Virus record (IMG/VR): IMGVR_UViG_3300044733_004754
Source: a virus
Strand: one strand, 5' to 3'
Length of the DNA stretch: 64,000 nt
The notes under the pieces: model-generated
The model's input: only the letters and a program-made list of their open reading frames with translations
Database searches by the model: none
Told to the model about the DNA's origin: nothing
Shown: piece by piece, positions 47,742 to 56,190 of the stretch
Position numbering within the stretch: position 1 is the stretch's first letter
Layout of the letters: the number at the start of each line of letters is the position of its first letter
Program-made: the position numbers and the translations under genes

Positions 47742-47746
47742 AAAAC

Positions 47747-48685
47747 ATGCGAGAAGATTTTCTTTGGGTCGAGCGCTATCGACCCCGTACTATTCGTGAT
47801 ACGATTCTACCAGAGGAGCTGAAGGTAACCTTTCAGAAGTTTGTTGATGAAGGTAATATTCCTAATATGCTTTTTACTGGTCGTGCTGGTATTGGTAAGA
47901 CCACTGTTGCGCGAGCTCTCTTGGAGCAAATTGGTGCAGATTATATTGTTATTAATAGCAGTATGCATGGTAATATTGATACTCTTCGCACTGATATACT
48001 TAATTTTGCATCAACCGTTAGCTTTAGTGGGGGTCGTAAATATGTTATTCTAGACGAGGCCGACTATCTCAATCCTAATAGTACACAACCTGCTCTTCGT
48101 AATTTTATAGAGCAGTATAGTAAGAACTGCGGCTTCATCCTCACATGCAACTTTAAAAATAAGTTGATTGAGCCTTTGTGGTCAAGGTGTAGCGTTGTTG
48201 ATTTTGTTATCCCTAAAGAACAACGCTCAAAGATGGCTGCCGCATTCTTCAAACGTGTAAAAGATATCCTCACAACAGAAGGTGTAGAGTACGATAGTAA
48301 AGCAGTTGTGTCAGTGATTGAGAAACACTTCCCCGACTGGCGTCGAGTGTTGAACGAACTCCAACGATACTCGGCGACAGGTAGAATCGATACAGGTATT
48401 CTATCCAACTTGCAAGAGGAAACATTCAAAACACTCGTTGGGTACCTTAAAAATAAGGAATTCACGAACGTTCGTAAATGGGTGGCTGAGAACGCTGATA
48501 TCGATCAGCATGTATTCTTCCGTAAATTTTATGACTCGTCGTATGAGTTTATGAACTCATCTTCAGTAGCACAACTGGTACTACTTCTCTCAAAATACCA
48601 ATATCAAGCAGCTTTTGTTGCTGATCAGGAGATTAATATGGCAGCATGCTTGACCGAAGTTATGGTCGAATGTGAGTTCAAATGA
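47747..48685 (+). CDS. gp44: Clamp loader ATPase subunit gp44
   Basis: LWVERYRP, GRAGIGKTT, LDEAD and SRC motifs. Confidence 0.96.
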   Translation: MREDFLWVERYRPRTIRDTILPEELKVTFQKFVDEGNIPNMLFTGRAGIGKTTVARALLEQIGADYIVINSSMHGNIDTLRTDILNFASTVSFSGGRKYVILDEADYLNPNSTQPALRNFIEQYSKNCGFILTCNFKNKLIEPLWSRCSVVDFVIPKEQRSKMAAAFFKRVKDILTTEGVEYDSKAVVSVIEKHFPDWRRVLNELQRYSATGRIDTGILSNLQEETFKTLVGYLKNKEFTNVRKWVAENADIDQHVFFRKFYDSSYEFMNSSSVAQLVLLLSKYQYQAAFVADQEINMAACLTEVMVECEFK

Positions 48686-49212
48686 ACTCTGTTGTGATAA
48701 CAGGTCATACCGGTGGTCTTGGATCAGTTCTTATGTCCAAATATCAAGAAAAAGGATGGACCGTATTTGGTGCTTCACGAAGAACAGGGTATGACTTTTC
48801 ACAGCCTCGCGTAGCTCGTAACTTTTGTGAACAGTTACGTGGTTATGATGTTCTGATAAACACAATTACCGGATCAGCTCAACGTAACGTTTTAGAACAC
48901 ATGCACACTCAGTGGAGAGATCAGAAAAAAATAATCTTAAATGTTGGTAGTCGTGCAACACAGTATGGAGCTTCACCTTCTATTTCATATAGTGCAGACA
49001 AAGCTGCTTTAGATTTTGTTGTATCATCACTACAAGCACATGGACCACGTTGGCCAGCTATACTACATATACGTCCGGGTTTTTTTGATTCGAAGCGTGT
49101 TGAGTTGAAAAATGTTCCTAAGATGAAGACGGAGGATGTAGCTGATATGATTATGTTTATGATCGATAATGTTCATAAGTTTAGAATTCTTGATATGATC
49201 CTTGTAGTATGA
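48682..49212 (+). CDS. Short-chain dehydrogenase/reductase
   Basis: VITGHTGGLG, NVGS, YSADK (YxxxK) and IRPG motifs. Confidence 0.82.
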   Translation: MNSVVITGHTGGLGSVLMSKYQEKGWTVFGASRRTGYDFSQPRVARNFCEQLRGYDVLINTITGSAQRNVLEHMHTQWRDQKKIILNVGSRATQYGASPSISYSADKAALDFVVSSLQAHGPRWPAILHIRPGFFDSKRVELKNVPKMKTEDVADMIMFMIDNVHKFRILDMILVV

Positions 49213-49634
49213 ATCCGTTTGATTTTGTTAACAGCATTAACTCAACAGATAAAAAAGATCTTATTAACGCTGGACAAGCCTTAGAAGATGATTATGTTCC
49301 GTTTGTTGTTAACAAGGCACTGTCCTACTTTCCTGAAACGATCCTTTATTCTAATCAGATAAACGCACTACCGCACGCAGGAAAAATACTCCAATATCAC
49401 TATCTTCTAAATACTGTTCGACCTGGAAAAAGGTTTGCTAAATGGGTGAAACGTGAGAACGTAGAAGATATTGAGGCTGTCAAAGAGTACTATAGTTATA
49501 GCATAGAAAAGGCACACCAAGCGCTTGCAATTCTCACGGTTGATAATTTGAATTATATAAAACAAAAATTACAAAGTGGTAGGAATAATGATCAAATTGG
49601 AAACCTTAGTAGAAGTGACGCTAGCAAGCGATGA
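49209..49634 (+). CDS. gp62: Clamp loader small subunit gp62
   Basis: PFDFVNSIN, YVPFVVNKALS, KRFAKW and VKEYYSYS motifs. Confidence 0.92.
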   Translation: MNPFDFVNSINSTDKKDLINAGQALEDDYVPFVVNKALSYFPETILYSNQINALPHAGKILQYHYLLNTVRPGKRFAKWVKRENVEDIEAVKEYYSYSIEKAHQALAILTVDNLNYIKQKLQSGRNNDQIGNLSRSDASKR

Positions 49635-49983
49635 AGACTTCTTAAAAGTACGCGAGACACTGACACGTATTGGTGTGGCATCCAAAAAAGAAAAGAAGCT
49701 ATATCAGTCGTGTCATATTCTTCATAAACAAGGCCTGTACTACATCGTACACTTCAAAGAGTTGTTTGGCTTAGATAATAAGCCTTCAAACTTTTCTGAA
49801 GAAGATATTGCACGGCGTAATACTATAGCCAACTTGATAGCAGAGTGGGGCTTAGTCAAGCTAGTTGACCCGATCAAAACAAAAGAACCTGTTTCAGCTA
49901 TGTCACAAATAAAAATACTTCCCTACAAAGAAAAGGATGATTGGGAGCTGGTTGCCAAATACAATATTGGACGCAAACTCTAA
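49588..49983 (+). CDS. regA: Translational repressor RegA
   Basis: DFLKVRETLTRIG, LYQSCHILHKQG.YYIVHFKELF and KYNIG motifs. Confidence 0.96.
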   Translation: MIKLETLVEVTLASDEDFLKVRETLTRIGVASKKEKKLYQSCHILHKQGLYYIVHFKELFGLDNKPSNFSEEDIARRNTIANLIAEWGLVKLVDPIKTKEPVSAMSQIKILPYKEKDDWELVAKYNIGRKL

Positions 49984-50294
49984 ATAGGATTGCCTTTATC
50001 AACAAGGCTAAATTTACTGCCACCTGTAAGTATGCAATAAAGACCTGATTTGTGTTTTTCAGCTACTGTCCAGGTCTTTGTTTCACGGTTGACAAATAAT
50101 ATCATTGTTCCAGCATCGCTACCATTTTTGTCCGCTCGCTCAACCTCACCAATGATGAAAGGTTCCTCTTTGAATTCAGCTAACACTTCGGCCAAGGCTT
50201 TAAGTGGGAAACACATCACTTGAAGCATCGATTGTGCTTGTGAGTAAGCTAAAGAGGAATAGAGAAGCAGGCCACCTAATAATATTTTTTTCAT
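49980..50294 (-). CDS. Exported hypothetical protein
   Basis: Likely start MKKILLGGLL at 50294 with an AGGAA SD and a signal peptide; two Cys. Confidence 0.65.
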   Translation of the reverse strand: MKKILLGGLLLYSSLAYSQAQSMLQVMCFPLKALAEVLAEFKEEPFIIGEVERADKNGSDAGTMILFVNRETKTWTVAEKHKSGLYCILTGGSKFSLVDKGNPI

Positions 50295-50323
50295 AGTATT
50301 TTCCTTGAAGGTTTGGTATTTAT

Positions 50324-50842
50324 CTACCACTTCCCTGCTTCTTGTCCAAAGCCGTAAAACCAAACAAAGAATCGGATTGCGGCTGAAAGTGTTATAATTA
50401 ATATTATGCCCCAAAAAACATTCTCAACGAACTTCTTACGACGCATAGCCTGATCGCGTATCATTTTTTCGCGACGCTCACGTATCTCACGTCGGAGTTG
50501 ATTGAACTGGCTGTACCCTTCCGCGCCGAGGTGTTGAAGTTCTCCATAGTAAAACATATTGTAAATGTCCGTCTCCATTTCACGTAGTCTTTGCTGAGCT
50601 ATAATAATATCAAATGCTTCAGCGGTTTCACTCTTACCAAAACCAATCTTTTCGAATAATCCAACCTTCTGTTCACCCGTATCGGTTTTGTGATTGTTTA
50701 TTAACTGTTGAAGTTGACCGGCTGCATCGGCCCATTTAGAGAGTTGTCTGTAAACACCTTCTATTTCTTGACCAACAGCAACAGCAGCTTTTAGTCCATT
50801 GAAGGCCGCTGTGACCGTTGCCATTAGAGAGATTGGATCCAT
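50324..50842 (-). CDS. Membrane protein
   Basis: MDPISL amphipathic N-terminus, a coiled coil and a C-terminal TM helix. Confidence 0.65.
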   Translation of the reverse strand: MDPISLMATVTAAFNGLKAAVAVGQEIEGVYRQLSKWADAAGQLQQLINNHKTDTGEQKVGLFEKIGFGKSETAEAFDIIIAQQRLREMETDIYNMFYYGELQHLGAEGYSQFNQLRREIRERREKMIRDQAMRRKKFVENVFWGIILIITLSAAIRFFVWFYGFGQEAGKW

Positions 50843-51507
50843 TAATTAGCCAGAGGATTGTCTAACGCTTTTTTAATCTTATCATCTACTTCACGGCGTA
50901 TCGTTCTTAATTCCGCATTTGTTTCACGCTCAATACGATTGACACGCTCATTAACATTTTGTACCGTAGAGTCAACTTGCTTTTGCATTTCTCTTACTTG
51001 TGAATCAGCACTGCGGCGAATCTCTTTTATTTCTGCTTCAGTACCAAGTCTAATTTCTTTTATTTCACTGTCAATCTGTCTTCTAATTTGGTTTATATCT
51101 TTTTCAACTTCACGTTGAGCAACTTTCGATCCGCGTTCAACGCCTTCTAAAACTTGTTCGGTTCGACGAATATCGCCTTTGAGATTCGTGTTCACATCAC
51201 GGGTGTATCCCAACATCTTTTCGTTATCTGCTTCTAATTTTATAATTCTTGCTTCATACTCACTGAAATCTGGTGCAACATAATTTGCAATTTTCTTCTT
51301 CATGCCCTCATAATCTTTATACGCTTCGAATACACCATACATACCACCAATCACAGAAGAAACAATACCAAATGCAATCATTAACTTCGCTGGTGTGAAG
51401 CTATAACCACCAATGCTAATAACAGTATCTTTACTAGCATATTGCTTCATTGCATCCTGAAGTTGATCGACTTTTTTATCGACGTTCTTATCTTCTGTAC
51501 TGCTCAT
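50842..51507 (-). CDS. Membrane-anchored coiled-coil protein
   Basis: TM segment LMIAFGIVSSVIGGMYGVF, then an 11-residue-periodic coiled coil ending ALDNPLAN. Confidence 0.65.
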   Translation of the reverse strand: MSSTEDKNVDKKVDQLQDAMKQYASKDTVISIGGYSFTPAKLMIAFGIVSSVIGGMYGVFEAYKDYEGMKKKIANYVAPDFSEYEARIIKLEADNEKMLGYTRDVNTNLKGDIRRTEQVLEGVERGSKVAQREVEKDINQIRRQIDSEIKEIRLGTEAEIKEIRRSADSQVREMQKQVDSTVQNVNERVNRIERETNAELRTIRREVDDKIKKALDNPLAN

Positions 51508-52948
51508 CTACCATCTCCTTATGGATTCTATCCGACCTTTGATTGAGTTGTCGTAATGCTCTTGCGTTATCTGCAATTGTTGCACGTTTATAAATATCTT
51601 CTGCTTTGTAGAAAGGCATATCAGGTAATTTAGCCTGCTCGTACGCACTAAAACCAGGAACGGTAGACAATGAAGCCATTACAGCATCTTGCGGATCTTG
51701 TTGAGCGTTTCTTTGGGAAGATTGTTGACTTCTCTGTTGATCACCCGCGCGTCGTTGTTGTTCTCTTATTTGTTGCCTTTGTTGTTGGGGTGACTGTGGC
51801 GAAACATTACGACTTGTTATATCAGTTCCTAGTTGCTGAGATTGTTGGTTAGAACTAAGAGCTTGATTAACAATTGGATCACTTGTTACTTGTGGTGTAG
51901 TTAATAACTTTGCAACATCTTCATTACCTACTGAAGGCACAGGAAGTGATGTTGTTGTAGATACCGCGGTAATCTGTTGTGTAACCGTATAACCTGGGCA
52001 CTGTGGGTTGCTTTGTGGGTTTGCAGAACATGCATCAGCAATTTGTTTCTTTCTAAAAGCGTCGGCATATCCTGGGCAACCAGAATTGTAGAGCGGATTT
52101 AACGAACACTGTTGGTTGAAAAATGCTTGTTGATAAAGAGTGCATGCCTGAGAAAAAAGGGGATTGCGCGCGCACTGTTGGTTTAAATAAGCTGATTGAT
52201 ACCCAGGGCACTCAGGTGAATACAAAGGGTTCATCGAGCATTGTTGATTTCTATATGCCTGGGCATAACCTTGACAGTTAGGGCTGTATAAAGAATTGAT
52301 ACTACACTGTGATTGAAAAAATGCTTGTTGATAATTAGGGCAAGTTGTTGCATAAAGAGGATTCACTGCACACTCATCAACAACATACATTGCATTCAAT
52401 GAAATATTTCTAACTTGTGGTCCATAATAACCAGCCCAATACCTATCATCCTTTCCGCTAAAACTAACTTCAAATCTATCAACAGATTGAAGATTGAAGG
52501 GGCTCCCGTAACTTCTTTTACTACTTACAGTTTCCCATCCATTAGTCTGATTAAGAAGATAGTTGTCTCTTTGTTTACTAAACCCAAATTCATCTTTCAG
52601 ATCAACAGCGAAAGAAACGAAGCCTCTATTGAAGTCACTATTCATATACTGAAATGAATAATTGTATCCATGAAGTCTGAGATGGGTGCCTTGCAAAGCA
52701 TCTCTCAACTTAATTTCTTGACTTACTATTTGTTGAGTGTAACCAAACAAAATAGTTTGGGTTGCAGGATTATAAGCTGCGCGATTTCCCCCTGTTGTTC
52801 CTCCAGGATTATAATTACCTGTAACAGTATTCGCCCAATTGTTTTGTATTAAATTGGGTGTTGTCTGTATATTCTGAGCGTTACAGAAGAATGAGAAGAA
52901 TAGCCAAGACGCCAAGCCCAGCAGAAACTTTTTGCCAGAAACTTGCAT
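51488..52948 (-). CDS. Exported protein with six CxxNPLYxxxCPGY repeats
   Basis: Signal peptide, beta-rich domain, 22-aa Cys repeats and a Gln-rich linker. Confidence 0.7.
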   Translation of the reverse strand: MQVSGKKFLLGLASWLFFSFFCNAQNIQTTPNLIQNNWANTVTGNYNPGGTTGGNRAAYNPATQTILFGYTQQIVSQEIKLRDALQGTHLRLHGYNYSFQYMNSDFNRGFVSFAVDLKDEFGFSKQRDNYLLNQTNGWETVSSKRSYGSPFNLQSVDRFEVSFSGKDDRYWAGYYGPQVRNISLNAMYVVDECAVNPLYATTCPNYQQAFFQSQCSINSLYSPNCQGYAQAYRNQQCSMNPLYSPECPGYQSAYLNQQCARNPLFSQACTLYQQAFFNQQCSLNPLYNSGCPGYADAFRKKQIADACSANPQSNPQCPGYTVTQQITAVSTTTSLPVPSVGNEDVAKLLTTPQVTSDPIVNQALSSNQQSQQLGTDITSRNVSPQSPQQQRQQIREQQRRAGDQQRSQQSSQRNAQQDPQDAVMASLSTVPGFSAYEQAKLPDMPFYKAEDIYKRATIADNARALRQLNQRSDRIHKEMVDEQYRR

Positions 52949-53429
52949 TTGAATTCTCGCTTAAAGGTTTTGGTTTACGTTCAGGAGAAGTTTCCCAAAC
53001 TCTTTTTGCATCTTCTCCAATCTTGCCGTCGACGGGACAGGGTGTTCCAGCATTCATCATAGCTTCGAACACTCGATCGTCTTGGCAGAGGGTAGCCACA
53101 GCAGCAACCTTCATCCCCATGTCGTATAGATTTTTGGCAAGTTTTAAACGTTCGCAGTTTAAATCACGGACCATTGTTCCACCAGAGATACCTAATATTT
53201 GAGTTTGTACAGCTCCACCGACACCGACAGTACAAAGGTCGTTGTTCAATACATTGAATGAAGGTGATATTGCTGATGCTGGTGGCGATCGAACAGTGGT
53301 ATCGTTGACACTATTACTGTTTGTAGTTACAGTGCTTGTACTTTTTGAATCTGTAACAATCACATCACTTTGTGCAAACGCTAACGAAGACATAACAAAA
53401 AGCACCAAAAGTGATAACTTTTTGAACAT
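52881..53429 (-). CDS. Exported Cys-containing protein with C-terminal membrane anchor
   Basis: Signal peptide ending AFA; DLC, NCERLK, LCQD and GTPCP; hydrophobic C-terminus. Confidence 0.7.
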   Translation of the reverse strand: MFKKLSLLVLFVMSSLAFAQSDVIVTDSKSTSTVTTNSNSVNDTTVRSPPASAISPSFNVLNNDLCTVGVGGAVQTQILGISGGTMVRDLNCERLKLAKNLYDMGMKVAAVATLCQDDRVFEAMMNAGTPCPVDGKIGEDAKRVWETSPERKPKPLSENSNASFWQKVSAGLGVLAILLILL

Positions 53430-53457
53430 GTTATATCCTTTCTAACTCTACGGCCTG

Positions 53458-53465
53458 TATTTATC
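53458..53465 (-). promoter_or_regulatory. Late promoter variant GATAAATA for the minus-strand operon
   Basis: TATTTATC on the + strand. An identical copy at 50317-50324 precedes the last gene of the operon. Confidence 0.55.
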
Positions 53466-53487
53466 CAATCCATTCCTGGAGGCATGT

Positions 53488-53739
53488 ATGATTAAGTTTG
53501 AAGAAACAAAAGACGGATTCATCTTTAGTAAAGATGGTAAACACTTGGCTATTGGTATTTATGAACAAGGTAGCTTTCATTTGCTTCATGACGATAGGTT
53601 GCAGCATTTTTCAAACGCAATGACAGCATTTGTGCACCTGGGAGATATATACGAACCCCGTGATAACACTTATAAGATTCCAGATCGCTTGAAACCTGTT
53701 GACTTCTCAAGAAAACAAAAAGACAATCGGTTCGTCTAA
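53488..53739 (+). CDS. Hypothetical protein
   Basis: GGAGG SD followed by an ATG. Confidence 0.6.
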   Translation: MIKFEETKDGFIFSKDGKHLAIGIYEQGSFHLLHDDRLQHFSNAMTAFVHLGDIYEPRDNTYKIPDRLKPVDFSRKQKDNRFV

Positions 53740-53754
53740 ATGTAAGGAGTAACC

Positions 53755-54066
53755 ATGCCTATCTATTTGATTAATTCCATTTCCACCTTTGCAATGCAGC
53801 ATGCTATTGAAGCCGACACGCTCGAGCATGCTCTGGATGAAATGGTTATGACTGAACATGACCGCCATTTTGACGAAGTATCACAAAAATGGCTTGGCGA
53901 ACAGCTGATCGATGCTCGTGTAATCACAAAAGAAGAGCTGATTGACCATCTCCAGAAGCTAAAAGAGAATAAAGATTATATGACTTCTCATTGGATGGGC
54001 GAGAAGCTGATTCACAAAGTTAAGTACAACGGAAGAGAATCAAATGAAACTACAGATAGTAAGTGA
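53755..54066 (+). CDS. Hypothetical protein
   Basis: AAGGAG SD; 103-aa ORF. Confidence 0.65.
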   Translation: MPIYLINSISTFAMQHAIEADTLEHALDEMVMTEHDRHFDEVSQKWLGEQLIDARVITKEELIDHLQKLKENKDYMTSHWMGEKLIHKVKYNGRESNETTDSK

Positions 54067-54814
54067 TCTTCATCTCGAGTTTGGACCTATTGAAATTCTG
54101 AATGCTGGTGATACAGATGTTCTGATCTTGTCTGGTGATATCTGCCTTGCGTCAGAGTTTGATAAAGGTATCCGATCATTCTTTCAAAAATGCTCAGAAG
54201 AATTTAAAGACGTGATTTATATTATGGGTAATCACGAGCACTACAGTGGTGATTTTGCTCTGTCCGCAACATTGCTTCGTGAAGGACTGGAGGAGTTCAC
54301 AAACATCCACTTTATGGAAAAAAACACTATCACCATTAAAGATTATACCTTTATTGGCGCTACACTTTGGACCGATATGAATAAAAACGATCCAAACACT
54401 CTATGGCATGTGGGCCGTATGATGAATGACTTTCGTACCGTGAGAAACGGTGATAAAGGAAAGCTGAATCCTACAGATGTCTACGAAGAGCATCTGTCAA
54501 CCCTGGAATACATTCGTAGTGTAGTTGATAAAGATCCGATGCAGAAATATGTTGTTGTGGGACATCATGCACCTTCAAAGCAATCCATCAAGCCACACTA
54601 TCGTGGTGATCATTTAGTAAATGGTGCATACTCTTCAGACTTGTCGGAGTTCATCTTGGATCGTCCGCAAATTAAATTGTGGACGCACGGCCATACTCAT
54701 GACAATTTTGATTACATGGTTGGAACCACTCGTGTACTTTGTAATCCTCGTGGATATTACAAATATGAAGAAAACGACAACTTTGACCCTAACATGGTCG
54801 TGGAGCTTGAATGA
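54044..54814 (+). CDS. Calcineurin-like metallophosphoesterase
   Basis: SDLHLE, SGDI, GNHEHY, HHAP, HGHTH and NPRGY motifs. Confidence 0.9.
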   Translation: MKLQIVSDLHLEFGPIEILNAGDTDVLILSGDICLASEFDKGIRSFFQKCSEEFKDVIYIMGNHEHYSGDFALSATLLREGLEEFTNIHFMEKNTITIKDYTFIGATLWTDMNKNDPNTLWHVGRMMNDFRTVRNGDKGKLNPTDVYEEHLSTLEYIRSVVDKDPMQKYVVVGHHAPSKQSIKPHYRGDHLVNGAYSSDLSEFILDRPQIKLWTHGHTHDNFDYMVGTTRVLCNPRGYYKYEENDNFDPNMVVELE

Positions 54815-55233
54815 ATAATTGGGACACAAGGTTTCTTGACCTTGCATTTTTTGTATCACAGTGGTCAAAGGACCCATCAACCAAGGTGGGTTCTGTGATC
54901 GTTAATGAGCATAAACAAGTGCTCAGTATGGGGTACAATGGATTCCCACGTAATGTTGAAGACTCTGTTGAAAGATACGCAGACCGACGTACTAAGTACC
55001 TTTTTGTTGCTCACGCGGAACGTAATGCTCTTGATAATGCTTTTGTGGACGTCCGCGGAGCAACTCTTTATTCTACTCTTTGTCCTTGTAACGAGTGTGC
55101 AAAAAGCATAATTCAGAGAGGCATTAAGAAAGTTGTAACAACAGTACCTCCGCTAGAAAAGAAAGAAGCCCTCAACATGAACATAACATTTCAAATGTTC
55201 AAAGAGGCTGATGTAGAACTTGTATTTGAATGA
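54811..55233 (+). CDS. cd: dCMP deaminase
   Basis: SKDPSTKVG, GYNG, HAERNA and PCNECAK motifs. Confidence 0.93.
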   Translation: MNNWDTRFLDLAFFVSQWSKDPSTKVGSVIVNEHKQVLSMGYNGFPRNVEDSVERYADRRTKYLFVAHAERNALDNAFVDVRGATLYSTLCPCNECAKSIIQRGIKKVVTTVPPLEKKEALNMNITFQMFKEADVELVFE

Positions 55234-55241
55234 TGGAGTAG

Positions 55242-55249
55242 TATAAATA
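55242..55249 (+). promoter_or_regulatory. Late promoter TATAAATA
   Basis: Exact consensus at the start of the hsp20 leader. Confidence 0.75.
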
Positions 55250-55365
55250 TATTCATCTCTCGGGATGGGATCAAGCAGTGTGGGGTTAAGGCTTGTAAAA
55301 TATTCCCCACACCAACGCCTTCGGGGTTGGTTTTTTATTTTAACTCGCTTAATTAAGGAGCAATT
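55250..55365 (+). promoter_or_regulatory. Structured 5' leader, ROSE-like RNA thermometer
   Basis: Several hairpins. The last one, CTC-G-CTT-AATT-AAGGAG, pairs UCGCU with the SD and leaves a bulged G. Confidence 0.65.
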
Positions 55366-55851
55366 ATGACATACATTAAAGATGTTTTTGGCCGCGATCT
55401 GTTCAAAGATTTTGACAAGTTTTATGTTGGATTCGATGAACAATTTAACAGAATGGCTAAGATGCACGATGATCTTACCAAGTCCATTCCAAACTACCCT
55501 CCATACAATATCAAAAAGACTGGTGACAACACATATGTTGTTGAGCTAGCTGTTGCTGGTTTTGCCCGTCAAGATATTGAAATTGAGCTAGCAGACAACA
55601 AGATGATCGTGCGTGGTAACACCGCTTCTGAAGAAGACGATAAGAACTTTATTTGGAAAGGCATTGCCAATCGTAACTTCACACGTACGTTTGCACTTGA
55701 AGATCAAATCGAGGTCAAGGATGCGGAAATGCTGAACGGCATGCTTCGTGTTTTCCTCGAGCGTATTATTCCTGACCACAAAAAGCCAAAGAAGGTTGAG
55801 GTTAAAGAAAAGGCTTCAACAAAATCACAATCACAACTACTTACAGAATAG
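55366..55851 (+). CDS. hsp20: Small heat shock protein (Hsp20/IbpA-like)
   Basis: NYPPYNI, ELAVAGF, KGIANRNFTRTFAL and NGML motifs. Confidence 0.95.
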   Translation: MTYIKDVFGRDLFKDFDKFYVGFDEQFNRMAKMHDDLTKSIPNYPPYNIKKTGDNTYVVELAVAGFARQDIEIELADNKMIVRGNTASEEDDKNFIWKGIANRNFTRTFALEDQIEVKDAEMLNGMLRVFLERIIPDHKKPKKVEVKEKASTKSQSQLLTE

Positions 55852-55868
55852 TCCAAAAGATTAGCTGT

Positions 55869-55897
55869 AAGGATAGCCGGCCCTGCCGGCTATCTTT
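55869..55897 (+). terminator. Hairpin / intrinsic terminator after hsp20
   Basis: aaggatagccggc-cct-gccggctatcttt. Confidence 0.65.
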
Positions 55898-55919
55898 GTT
55901 CACAAGACAAAGGATAAAA

Positions 55920-56063
55920 ATGCAGACCGTTATACAAAAACTAAAAACATGGTGGACCTCTCTCCAACAATCAGAAGCTGAGCGTTATTTGTCGCACGCC
56001 GTCGACGCTGCGGATTTAAAGGTTCGTATACAACACTTACGTGACAGGGGGATCCCAGCATGA
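55920..56063 (+). CDS. 47-aa DUF3563-like protein (not in the ORF track)
   Basis: MQTVIQKLKTWWTSLQQSEAERYLSHAVDAADLKVRIQHLRDRGIPA, with an AAGGA SD and an ExYLxxAxDxxDLxxR pattern. Confidence 0.6.
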   Translation: MQTVIQKLKTWWTSLQQSEAERYLSHAVDAADLKVRIQHLRDRGIPA

Positions 56064-56158
56064 GTAAAATCAAAACATTCCTCTCATTTATACTCGACTT
56101 CTTTCATGAAGTAGGTAAACTACGTGCTAAAACAAAGGCTCGCTATAATATGCATTGA
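56060..56158 (+). CDS. 32-aa amphipathic peptide (not in the ORF track)
   Basis: MSKIKTFLSFILDFFHEVGKLRAKTKARYNMH, coupled to the upstream gene by ATGA. Confidence 0.45.
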   Translation: MSKIKTFLSFILDFFHEVGKLRAKTKARYNMH

Positions 56159-56190
56159 CTAAATAGGGTATCAACCCTTTTTTAAGTGCC

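Noticed and set aside
53699-53727. Sigma70-like promoter TTGACT-17bp-GACAAT
   Set aside because: The -10 box lacks the first T and the site lies inside an ORF. It is plausible but too weak to call.
55250-55340. tRNA gene in the hsp20 upstream region
   Set aside because: There is no cloverleaf, T-loop consensus or CCA end. No tRNA or rRNA was recognised anywhere in the window.
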